Below, one piece after another: positions 55,413-64,000 of a DNA stretch of 64,000 nucleotides. Position 1 is the first letter of the stretch; every line of letters begins with the position of its first letter. Made by a program: the position numbers and the translations under genes. The DNA is from an uncultured Planctomycetaceae bacterium (lineage in GTDB: Bacteria; Planctomycetota; Planctomycetia; Pirellulales; PALSA-1355): contig CAWAUV010000005.1 in the NCBI GenBank assembly GCA_963785305.1, forward strand, positions 288,001-352,000, read 5' to 3'. The notes beneath the pieces were generated by a model, which was not told where the DNA came from, did not search any database, and saw only the letters and a list, made by a program, of their open reading frames with translations.

Positions 55413-56672
55413 ATGCGTTTGCGAGCGGCTTTCGCGCTTCTTCTTGCTTCCGCCGGTTTGTCGGGCGCCGGCGCGGCCGAACTGGCCCTGAAGTCTGGCG
55501 ACTTCGTGGCGGTGGTCGGCGATTCGATCACCGAGCAAAAACAGTACTCGGTGTTCATCGAGGATTATCTGCTCATGGCCCGGCCCGCCGATGCGCTGCG
55601 AGTGGCGCAGTTTGGCTGGGGGGGAGAAACAGCCAACGGTTTCGCGGGCCGCATGGAAAACGACATGCTGCAATTTCATCCGACCGTGGTCACGACCTGT
55701 TTCGGCATGAACGACGGCGGCTATTCGCCGATGACGCCCGACAAGGCCGCTCGATATCGCGAAAAGCAGACCGAGATCGTCAAGAAATGCAAGCAGGCCG
55801 GCGTGCGCGTGATCGTGCTTGGTTCGCCGGGCTGTGTCGACGCCGACAAATTCCGCGGCGGCGGCGAAGCCGCGATCATGTACAACAAAACCTTGTCGGA
55901 AGAGCGTGACATTTGCCGCGACATTGCCCAGCAAGAAGGCGTGCTGTTCGCCGATGTGTATTCCGCGATGTACGACGCCATGATCAAGGCCAAGCAAAAA
56001 TACGGCCCGAACTACCATGTCGGCGGCGGCGATGGCGTGCATCCCGACGCCAACGGCCAACTCTGCATGGCCTTTGCCTTTCTCAAGTCGCTCGGCTGCG
56101 TCGGCGAGATCGGTCGCTTGGAAGTCGACCTTGCCGCCGGCACGGCCCAAGCCACCGCGGGCCACAAGGTGCTACGCGCCAGTGGCGGCGATATCGAGAT
56201 CGAGAGCCAGCGTTATCCGTTCTGCTTCGCCGGTTCGGGCGATGCGCCGAACAACCCGCGCTCGATTTTGCCGATGTTGCCGTTCAACGCCGAACTGAAC
56301 CGCTATACGCTTGTCGTTTCCGGCGCCAAGGCGCCGCGCTATCGCGTGACCTGGGGCGCCCAGAACAAGGAATTCACCGGCGCGGAGCTGGCCAACGGAA
56401 TCAATCTGGCGAGCGAATTTCTCGACAATCCGTTTCTCGCGCCGTTCCAAAAAGTCGACCATGCGGTGCGCGAGCAGCAGAACTTCGAAACTCCGCTGGT
56501 CAAGTCGCTGTTGCACAGCATGCCCGAATATCGACGGTATGCTCCCGACTCGGCGGCGCCGCTGGAAAAGATTGCCCACGAGCTACTCTCGCGCGACAAG
56601 CAGTTGTTCGACGCTTCGGCCGCGGCAGTGTTGCCGGTGACGCACGCAATCAAGATCGAAGCATTGCAGTAA
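55413..56672 (+). CDS. SGNH/GDSL hydrolase, exported
   Basis: GDSIT, GWGGET, FGMND, DGVHP. Confidence 0.93.
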   Translation: MRLRAAFALLLASAGLSGAGAAELALKSGDFVAVVGDSITEQKQYSVFIEDYLLMARPADALRVAQFGWGGETANGFAGRMENDMLQFHPTVVTTCFGMNDGGYSPMTPDKAARYREKQTEIVKKCKQAGVRVIVLGSPGCVDADKFRGGGEAAIMYNKTLSEERDICRDIAQQEGVLFADVYSAMYDAMIKAKQKYGPNYHVGGGDGVHPDANGQLCMAFAFLKSLGCVGEIGRLEVDLAAGTAQATAGHKVLRASGGDIEIESQRYPFCFAGSGDAPNNPRSILPMLPFNAELNRYTLVVSGAKAPRYRVTWGAQNKEFTGAELANGINLASEFLDNPFLAPFQKVDHAVREQQNFETPLVKSLLHSMPEYRRYAPDSAAPLEKIAHELLSRDKQLFDASAAAVLPVTHAIKIEALQ

Positions 56673-56833
56673 TCGCGCGGTTTCGCGATTCTCGCGGTTT
56701 CCCTGATTTCCTGGCGCACTTCAGCCCACGGCGCTCCTGGCGGCGCCGTGGGCTTTTGTCTTTTCCGCGCCGCTCGGGCATAATACACGCACGCCAAGGG
56801 GGTTGCGAACAACAACGCGGGGAGAGACATTCG

Positions 56834-57289
56834 ATGAGCGAAGCGTCGCCGCCGGAACTCGCGGAATTTCCCGTGGTTTCGCCGTGGCCCGTGCAATGGG
56901 GCGATCAAGACGCCTTCGGCCATGTGAACAACACCGTATTTTTCCGCTGGATCGAAACGGCGCGGATCGTGTATCTGGAGCGGATCGATCTTCGGGAAAC
57001 GACCCCGAGCCAGCCGCTGGGCCCGATCCTGGCGTCGATCGAATGCAACTACCGCCGGCAAGTGCGCTTTCCCGACACGATCCACACCGGAGTGCGGGTC
57101 ACGCGGGTCGGGCGGAGCAGTTGTCGCATGACGCATGTGCTCTGGAGCGAGCGGCAGCAAGCGGTCGTGGCCGATGGCGTCGCCACGGTGGTGATGTTCG
57201 ATTACGGCAAAAACGCTTCGTGTCCGATATCGCGTTCGATTCGCGAAAACATCGCGGCGCTCGAGCGGCGCCCGGTCGAAGGCTTATGA
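56834..57289 (+). CDS. Acyl-CoA thioesterase (4HBT hotdog fold)
   Basis: [12 protein letters not shown]...ETAR. Confidence 0.92.
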   Translation: MSEASPPELAEFPVVSPWPVQWGDQDAFGHVNNTVFFRWIETARIVYLERIDLRETTPSQPLGPILASIECNYRRQVRFPDTIHTGVRVTRVGRSSCRMTHVLWSERQQAVVADGVATVVMFDYGKNASCPISRSIRENIAALERRPVEGL

Positions 57290-57350
57290 TTTTTCGCGGC
57301 GGGCTTCGATCGAGTCCCCTTCGAGCGACAACACCAAGGAAATGGATCTC

Positions 57351-58205
57351 ATGCCCCCAGAATATGTTCATCCGGAAACACTTGTCTCGACCGAATGGGT
57401 CGCCGCCCACTCCAACGATCCCGGAGTTCGGATCGTTGAATCCGACGAGGATGTGCTGCTCTACCAACAGGGCCACATTCCCGGCGCCGTGAGAATCGAC
57501 TGGCACACCGATCTGCAAGACCCGCTGGTGCGCGACTATATCTCGAAAGAGCGCTTCGCCGAGCTGTGCCGCCGCAAGGGAATCTCGAACGATACGGAAG
57601 TCGTGTTCTACGGCGACAAGAGCAATTGGTGGGCCTGCTACGCCTTCTGGACCTTCAAGCTCCATGGCCACGACAAATGCCGCATCATGAACGGCGGCCG
57701 AAAGCGTTGGGAGCTCGATGGCCACGCCTGGTCGCGCGACGCCGAGCCCGAATTTCCGCCGGGCAAGTACGAGGCCCGCGCCGCCGACCCGAGCGTGCGC
57801 GCGTTTCGCGATGAGGTGCTGGGCCATCAGCGTCGGGGCGGCCGGTTGGTCGATGTGCGTTCCAAGGGCGAGTTCACCGGCGAGATGTTGCACATGCCCG
57901 ACTACCCGCAAGAGGGCGCCTTGCGAGGCGGCCATATTCCCGGCGCCACGAGCATTCCTTGGTCACGCGCCGCGAACGAAGACGGCACTTTCAAATCCGC
58001 GGCCGAGCTGTCCGAAATCTACTTACAGCAGGCCAAGCTCTCGCCCACGGAACCGGTGATCGCCTATTGCCGCATCGGCGAGCGATCCAGCCACACGTGG
58101 TTCGTGCTTAAGTATCTGCTCGGCTTTTCCAATGTGCGGAACTACGACGGCTCATGGACCGAGTGGGGCAATGCCGTCGGCCTGCCGATCGCCGTGGGTG
58201 AGTAA
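57351..58205 (+). CDS. Tandem-rhodanese sulfurtransferase (SseA/CysA type)
   Basis: GHIPGA x2, [22 protein letters not shown]. Confidence 0.95.
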   Translation: MPPEYVHPETLVSTEWVAAHSNDPGVRIVESDEDVLLYQQGHIPGAVRIDWHTDLQDPLVRDYISKERFAELCRRKGISNDTEVVFYGDKSNWWACYAFWTFKLHGHDKCRIMNGGRKRWELDGHAWSRDAEPEFPPGKYEARAADPSVRAFRDEVLGHQRRGGRLVDVRSKGEFTGEMLHMPDYPQEGALRGGHIPGATSIPWSRAANEDGTFKSAAELSEIYLQQAKLSPTEPVIAYCRIGERSSHTWFVLKYLLGFSNVRNYDGSWTEWGNAVGLPIAVGE

Positions 58206-58215
58206 GGAGCCGCGC

Positions 58216-58307
58216 ATGCCCGCCGACGGATCGACTTTGGCCAAACGCATCGATGCAATCGTGGCGGAGCTTGCCAGCGCGAGCCGATCGCGCGGGTCGA
58301 AATCGGC
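58216..58307 (+). pseudogene. Remnant 5' end of sufE (direct part plus inverted 32-nt part)
   Basis: 58206-58275 matches 60407-60475; 58276-58307 is the reverse complement of 60473-60504 (29/32). Confidence 0.8.
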
Positions 58308-58334
58308 TATCCCGGTTTTGAAGGGGGCAAGACA

Positions 58335-60290
58335 ATGACAAGCTCAGGTTCAGATGGCGCGATGATGGACCAGACGCCGGCGGATAGGGAAGCGCTGCAT
58401 GATCAGCGGGACTGGCTACGTGTCACGCTCTCAAGTATCGGCGATGCCGTCATTACGACCGACGGCGAGGGCCGAGTGGCTTTCCTGAACCCAGTCGCGG
58501 AGACCTTGACCGGGTGGAAGCTGCAAGAAGCGTTGGAGCAGCCGCTCGACCGCGTGTTCCGAATTATTAACGAAGAAACTCGCCAGCCGGTCGAAAGCCC
58601 CACTGTCCAAGCGTTCCGAGAAAGTCGCGCCGTTGAACTGGCGAGCCACAGCCTGCTCATCGCCAAAGACGGCACGGAACGGCCTCTTGACGACAGCGCT
58701 GCCCCGATCAAGAACGACAAGGGAGAGGTCGCTGGTGTCGTACTAGTCTTTCGGGACATCAGCGAACGCCGGAAGTCGGAACGGGAACTGGCGAAAGCCC
58801 TTTCCTATGCGGACGACATCATCGAGACGCTGCGAGAGCCGTTCATGATTCTCGATGGCGACCTGCGAGTAAAGACGGCCAACCGTTCCTTCTATGATTG
58901 GTTTCAAGTCTCGAAGGAAGAAACCGAGAAACGGCTTGTCTACGACCTGGGGAATGGCCAGTGGAACATTCCCGGCCTGCGGAAGTTGCTGGATGATGTC
59001 CTGGCCCGAAACCAGTCCGTCGATGATTACGAGGTCGAACACTCCTTTCCAACTCTTGGCCGAAAGACCATGGTGCTCAATGCCCGCCCCTTCCCGCCCG
59101 ACTCCGAACACCCTGAATTGATTCTGCTAGCGGTCGAGGATGTTTCCGACTTAAGAGAACGGGCCGACGAGTTGGCCGCCGCCAATCGCCACAAGGACGA
59201 GTTTCTGGCGACTTTGGCCCACGAACTGAGAAATCCGCTGGCCCCGATCCGTAACGCCGTGCAATATCTCGGCATGGCGGGCTTGACGGAACGGGATGTG
59301 GAAACGGGAAGAGATGTCATCTCACGGCAAGTGTCGGTGATGGTAAGGCTCATTGACGACCTGCTCGATGTATCTCGCATCAGCCGCAACAAATTGGACA
59401 TCCGCAAAGAACGGGTGCAACTGGCGGGCGTGATTGAAAGCGCCGTGGAAAGCAGCCGACCTCTACTCCGGGATTGCGGTCACGAGCTCACGGTCAGTCT
59501 GCCGCCACGGCCGGTCTACATGGACGCCGATGCCGTCCGGCTCGCTCAGGTCTTCCTGAACTTGTTGAACAACGCGGGTAAATACACGAAACGGGGCGGT
59601 CATATTTGGCTCACTGTTGAACAGGAAGGGAGTGACGCCGTTGTCAGCGTGCGAGACAATGGCATTGGCATTTCCGCCGATATGCTACCCCGCATTTTCG
59701 AAATGTTCACGCAGGCTGATCGATCGTTGGAGCGGTCGCAAGGTGGACTCGGCATTGGCCTGACGCTCGTGCGGCGACTGGTCGATTTGCATGACGGCAC
59801 GATCGAGGCTCGCAGTAATGGCCCCGACCAAGGTAGTGAATTCGTCGTCCGCCTGCCCCTCATTCAGCCGCCACTTGAAACGCCGCCGATCGGTGACGGA
59901 CTTAGGGCAGCGACCCTGAGCGGCAGTCGCATTCTGGTGGTCGATGACAACAAGGACTCGGCTGACAGCTTGGGGATGATGTTGCGACTCAAGGGCAATG
60001 AGATTCGTACCGCCCACGATGGTCTTGAGGCCGTGGAAGTAGCGGAAACGTTCCGCCCGGAGTTAGTGTTGCTGGACATCGGCCTTCCCAAACTGAATGG
60101 CTACGATGTCGCCCGGCGTATTCGTCAGCAGCCGTGGGGTCATGATGTGATCCTTGTTGCATTGACGGGCTGGGGGCAAGACGAGGACAAACGCCGTTCG
60201 CAAGATGCGGGATTCAATTTCCATGTCGTCAAACCAGTGGAACTTGCGGCTCTTGAAAAACTGCTTAACGGGCCGCGGGCAACGACGTGA
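58335..60290 (+). CDS. Hybrid sensor histidine kinase (PAS-PAS-HisKA-HATPase-REC)
   Basis: LAHELRNPL, NLLNNAGKY, DNGIG, GLGIGL, VVDDN, LLDIGLP. Confidence 0.95.
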   Translation: MTSSGSDGAMMDQTPADREALHDQRDWLRVTLSSIGDAVITTDGEGRVAFLNPVAETLTGWKLQEALEQPLDRVFRIINEETRQPVESPTVQAFRESRAVELASHSLLIAKDGTERPLDDSAAPIKNDKGEVAGVVLVFRDISERRKSERELAKALSYADDIIETLREPFMILDGDLRVKTANRSFYDWFQVSKEETEKRLVYDLGNGQWNIPGLRKLLDDVLARNQSVDDYEVEHSFPTLGRKTMVLNARPFPPDSEHPELILLAVEDVSDLRERADELAAANRHKDEFLATLAHELRNPLAPIRNAVQYLGMAGLTERDVETGRDVISRQVSVMVRLIDDLLDVSRISRNKLDIRKERVQLAGVIESAVESSRPLLRDCGHELTVSLPPRPVYMDADAVRLAQVFLNLLNNAGKYTKRGGHIWLTVEQEGSDAVVSVRDNGIGISADMLPRIFEMFTQADRSLERSQGGLGIGLTLVRRLVDLHDGTIEARSNGPDQGSEFVVRLPLIQPPLETPPIGDGLRAATLSGSRILVVDDNKDSADSLGMMLRLKGNEIRTAHDGLEAVEVAETFRPELVLLDIGLPKLNGYDVARRIRQQPWGHDVILVALTGWGQDEDKRRSQDAGFNFHVVKPVELAALEKLLNGPRATT

Positions 60291-60415
60291 CGGATGATTG
60301 GCATCCGTCAACTTCGAATGAAGCTCACGCCCGGTCGCGCCGCTTTCGGTCTTTTTTTCTGATTTATTCGCCTCGTGTCTTGCCTCGGGCCGCGGCGATG
60401 CCCGAAGGAGCCCGC

Positions 60416-60876
60416 ATGCTTGCCGACGGATCGACTCTGGCCCAACGCATTGATGCAATCGTGGCGGAGCTTGCCGAATTCGAGCCGCGCGATCGGCTCT
60501 CGCTCTTGCTCGAATATTCCGAGCGTTTGCCGCCGTTGGACGACCGGTACCGAGCCGAGTTCGAAGCCGGCGGCCATCGGGTCACGGAATGCCAGACCCC
60601 GGTCGCGCTTTGGGTAGAACTCGACGCGAACCGGTGCGTGACGCTTGACGCCTGGGTCGCGCCAAAGCGCCCACCGTCAAGGGTTTCGTCAGCTTGATGC
60701 GGGAGCTGATCGCCGGAATGCCCGCGGCCGAGGTGGCGGCGCTCGATGCGGGCCTTGTATCGCGGCTCGGTTTGGCGTCGGCCTTGGGCATGGTGCGCAT
60801 GCGCGGACTCAGCGGCATTGTGTTCGCTATCCGTCGCCGCGCCATCGCCGCGCTCGCGGCCCGGAGCGCCGATTAA
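60416..60876 (+). CDS. sufE: SufE-family sulfur acceptor (frameshift ~60665)
   Basis: LLEY...LPPL, RVTECQTPV, APTVKGF, RMRGL; downstream of rhodanese. Confidence 0.85.
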
Positions 60877-61180
60877 ATCCGTCGTCGAAACGAGCTGATG
60901 CGCCGCGAAACAACGCGCCCGGTGTAAGGGTTTTTTCGCGGGAACGCGGTCGAAAAACAGCGCCGCGAAAAACGGAAAAACATCGCGCGGGAGCGCTCGC
61001 AATCTCGGCGATGGGCGATTATGATCCAAGCATTCTCCGGCCTCGCCGGACCAGCAGCATCTTTCGATCTTTCTCTTTTCTCTCCCCGGTCGATCCGCGC
61101 TCGATGCGTCTCCCGTGCCCACGGGTCGAGGCTCTCGGCGCATGCGCGATCGACGAATCCCGTGCCGGAGCCTTTCCTCG

Positions 61181-61426
61181 ATGCTTGCGTATCCCAATGT
61201 AACGGTGTCTCTTGATCGTTTGAGCCAAACCGGATGGAAAATGGGCGACTTGTGCGTCAAGCGCCCCGACGGGCAAACCTGGATCGTGACAGGCCACCGC
61301 GGCAAGCATTGGATCATCGCCCAAGCGCCAGCCAAGCAGCCGCTTGGTGGCTGGCCCGTCGGCAGGCCGACAGGCTCAAACGCAAGCGCTAAACGCCGAG
61401 AAGCGCGAGCGCCGGTTGTTGGGTAG
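61181..61426 (+). CDS. Small hypothetical protein (probable frameshift ~61330)
   Basis: GGAG RBS; LDRLSQTGWKMGD...WIVTGHRGKHWI. Confidence 0.5.
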   Translation: MLAYPNVTVSLDRLSQTGWKMGDLCVKRPDGQTWIVTGHRGKHWIIAQAPAKQPLGGWPVGRPTGSNASAKRREARAPVVG

Positions 61427-61460
61427 GGCGCCGCGGAGCTTCTCCTCGGGCTGAAGGCTC

Positions 61461-62267
61461 TTAAAACAGTTTTACCCGGCCCTTGCGCACTTTCGTGCGA
61501 AACTCCCACGGCGTGTCGCTGCCTTTGATATTGATGCGCCGCAGTTCCCAGCGGCGCAACAGCGGAAGTCGGTTGATCCGATTGCCGATCCGCAGTCCGC
61601 ATCGCACTCCCGCGGCCGTGAGTTCCCGGGTCATGGCGTCTTGCGCGGCGCCGACGGCGCGGATAACGGCCGTAGGGATAGGCCAGCGCCGGCGTTGCCT
61701 GCAGGCCCTGGCGATCGAGTTCCGCGAGCGACCGCCGTGTATCCTCGCCGATCTGCTCCGGCGTTTTATGTTCCAGATTCTCATGCGCGTGCGAATGCAG
61801 ACCGAACTCGATCACCGCCGGATCGAGCGCCGCCAATTGCGCGGCGCTGGCGATCGGCTCGGCGCCGTCGTCCCAAGCGTTGGTTCGACCCAGCCATGCC
61901 ACTGGCAGAAAGATCGTGGCCCGAAATCCGCGCCCTTCAAGAGCGGATAGGCGAGCTCCAGATTATTCAGGTAGCCATCGTCGAAGGTGAGGAGCACTCC
62001 GCGATCGGGCAGCGCGGCGCCGTGGTCCAAATGCGCGATCAGTTCCCGGCATGTGATCGAGCGATAGCCCTCGGCGGCGAGATAGTCGAGCTGGCTCGCG
62101 AACTGATCGACCGTTACCGTGAGCGGGTCGCGCCGATCGCGGCTTACCTGATGGTACATCAAGATCGGCAGCCCGCGCGTCGCCGGAACGAAGAGACTAT
62201 ATCGCACGATCAGCCACGCCAGGCCGGCGACCAGGGCCGCGAGGGCGCCGTATTGCCAAGCGTTCAT
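61461..62267 (-). CDS. Polysaccharide deacetylase (CE4), frameshifted
   Basis: PILMYHQV, LTFDDGY, GLHSHAH, AYPYG. Confidence 0.9.
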
Positions 62268-62318
62268 GGGAAACCTTTCGTTCGCGTGTCGCGCGGAGCT
62301 CGCGGCGTGGCGCCCTCG

Positions 62319-63227
62319 TCACGCGGCTCGCGATGCGATGCTCCCGGGAACCGTGGCTTGTTCGTCTCCGCCCGCGGCCCGCTCCGGCCGTCCAGCGGCG
62401 CGCAGCTCGCGGAGCTTGATGTATTTGATCGCCGGATACATCGCGCACAACAGCGCCCAGACGAAGCCGGGGTACCCATCGAGCACGCAACCGCGCAGCA
62501 GATAATCGCGCACGAAGCTCACCGGTATCCGCAGCGCGATATACCACGCCGACACGCGTTTGTCGCGGCGCCAAAGGTCGCGCGCGGCGAGCGAGGTGTA
62601 GTGATTGAACTTGTCGAGGTAATGCGCGATATCGCGATAACTATAATGCAGCATCCGCTCGCGGAGCCGCCGCGTGGGCCCCGAGGACTCGACCGCCTCG
62701 TGGACCGGCTTGAGGTTGTAATTGCCGGCCCGGCGGTCGAAGAGCCGCAGATGCGTTTTATTGTATTCGCCGCCAAATCGCAGCAAACGGCCGAGAAACA
62801 CGAGCGAGATCGCGAATTCATAGGCCCGAGCGTCGGGACCCGAGCCATCGAACAACCGTTCGATCTCCTCGCGCAAGGCCGCGGTCACGACTTCATCGGA
62901 GTCGACGACCAGGACCCAGTCGTTGCGGGCCTGTTCGACGGCGAACCGCTTTTGGGCGCCGAATCCCGCGTCGAGCGGCCGATGGATGACGCGAGCGGCG
63001 TGGCGCGTGGCAATGTCGAGTGTCGTGTCGGCGCTGCCGGAATCGACCACCACGATCTCGTCGCACCAAGCGATCGAGCGGAGCGTGGCGTCGAGCGTGG
63101 AGGCTGAATTGTGGGTAAGCACAACGGCGCTGAGAGGCACCGGGCCAATCCGGGGCGCGCCGGATGCAACCTCGGGCGAGGTCGGATCGCGAACAAATTC
63201 GGAATTTCGGGGCGTGTCGGCAGACAT
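62319..63227 (-). CDS. Glycosyltransferase family 2 (WaaE/KdtX-like)
   Basis: VVVDSGSADTT, GFGAQK, VDSDE, VHE, LDGYPG. Confidence 0.92.
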   Translation of the reverse strand: MSADTPRNSEFVRDPTSPEVASGAPRIGPVPLSAVVLTHNSASTLDATLRSIAWCDEIVVVDSGSADTTLDIATRHAARVIHRPLDAGFGAQKRFAVEQARNDWVLVVDSDEVVTAALREEIERLFDGSGPDARAYEFAISLVFLGRLLRFGGEYNKTHLRLFDRRAGNYNLKPVHEAVESSGPTRRLRERMLHYSYRDIAHYLDKFNHYTSLAARDLWRRDKRVSAWYIALRIPVSFVRDYLLRGCVLDGYPGFVWALLCAMYPAIKYIKLRELRAAGRPERAAGGDEQATVPGSIASRAA

Positions 63228-63327
63228 GGGTGGCTTCCGTGCCCGTGGGTAAAAATTCCGAGGAGCGACAAAAAAGGGTTCGCCCGACTCGTGAACGAGC
63301 CGGGCGAACCCTGGTGTTGGCACACGC

Positions 63328-64000
63328 TTAGCGGCGTCCGACAGCCGCGGCCGGCGAGCCCTTGAGCTGCCGCAAGTAATCGGTCGTAATGTTCAGCACC
63401 TCATCCGAATAGTAGTTTCGCTTGAACACCGGACGATTCGGATTGTTCATTTCCTCGAACTCTTGCTCTTGGTCGCGCTCGGCCTTGTGCTCGGCCCGAT
63501 CGGCCATGAACTTCGCCTCGTTGAGCGAGACGCGTTTGCGTTTCTTGGCTTCGTTGTAATGCGCAATGTTCGAGAGCACGGTGTCCCAGTCCTTGGCGCC
63601 CTTGCGGCGAGCTTCCGATTGCTCCTTGAGCCGGTCGATCAGCGGGCGATTCACCAGGTCGAGCTTACGATAGGGCGCGCTCGGCACCCGGTCGAACTTC
63701 AAGGCATAATCGAGGCTCGATTCTCCCACGTCGTATTGGGTCGACAAGCTGGGCAGCGGCACATCGGCCAGCACGCCGCGATTCTGCGTGCTATCGCCAT
63801 CGGGCAGATAGAACTGCTGCATCGTGATCTTCAGATCGCCAAGCTGGGGCGAATTGTTGAACAGTTGCTTGCCCAAATCGAGCAGGCTCTGCACGGTGCC
63901 TTTGCCGTGGGTCGCCACATCGCCCACGATCAGGCCGCGATGATAGTCTTGGATCGCCCCGGCGAAGATTTCGCTCGCGCTGGCGCTGAACTTGTCGATA
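63328..64000 (-). CDS. prc: C-terminal part of tail-specific (S41) protease; continues beyond window
   Basis: SASASEIFAGAIQDY.RG, THGKGTVQ, STQNRGVLADV. Confidence 0.88.
   Translation of the reverse strand, partial: IDKFSASASEIFAGAIQDYHRGLIVGDVATHGKGTVQSLLDLGKQLFNNSPQLGDLKITMQQFYLPDGDSTQNRGVLADVPLPSLSTQYDVGESSLDYALKFDRVPSAPYRKLDLVNRPLIDRLKEQSEARRKGAKDWDTVLSNIAHYNEAKKRKRVSLNEAKFMADRAEHKAERDQEQEFEEMNNPNRPVFKRNYYSDEVLNITTDYLRQLKGSPAAAVGRR

Overview
GC-rich window, most likely from a planctomycete (inferred from the DUF1552/DUF1592 pair, an RDD-SpoIIM-DUF4129-DUF4350-MoxR-DUF58 operon, csrA and the RHS style). Positions 1-13.1 kb form an accessory island. It holds two near-identical group II introns plus a third intron relic, a truncated REP-associated (Y1/HUH) tyrosine transposase, two single-ORF IS66 copies, an IS630 end, an IS1380 and orphan RHS toxin/immunity modules. 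The main finding concerns the introns. The two intron 5' ends visible in the window both follow a GGGGTCAGG motif, and both complete 3' ends are followed by A(C/T)TCATTGATT. The intron carries matching EBS1/EBS2 sequences, and the same repeat sits upstream of the RAYT gene and closes a cassette ORF. This suggests a retroelement homing to the punctuation of a RAYT-linked toxin/immunity cassette array. A 7 x 149-bp hairpin tandem array follows at 13.7-14.8 kb. The rest is mostly core genes: kinase/FHA-cyclase, cysE, treZ, glpK, hemH, tRNA-Glu, csrA, rhodanese-sufE, a GT2 and a tail-specific protease. It also contains an IS3 island, an ISNCY remnant, small MITEs and a hybrid histidine kinase inserted between duplicated sufE starts. 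Many single-base frameshifts cluster at GCGC, which suggests methylation-linked long-read errors rather than true pseudogenes. All family calls are by eye, without database searches.
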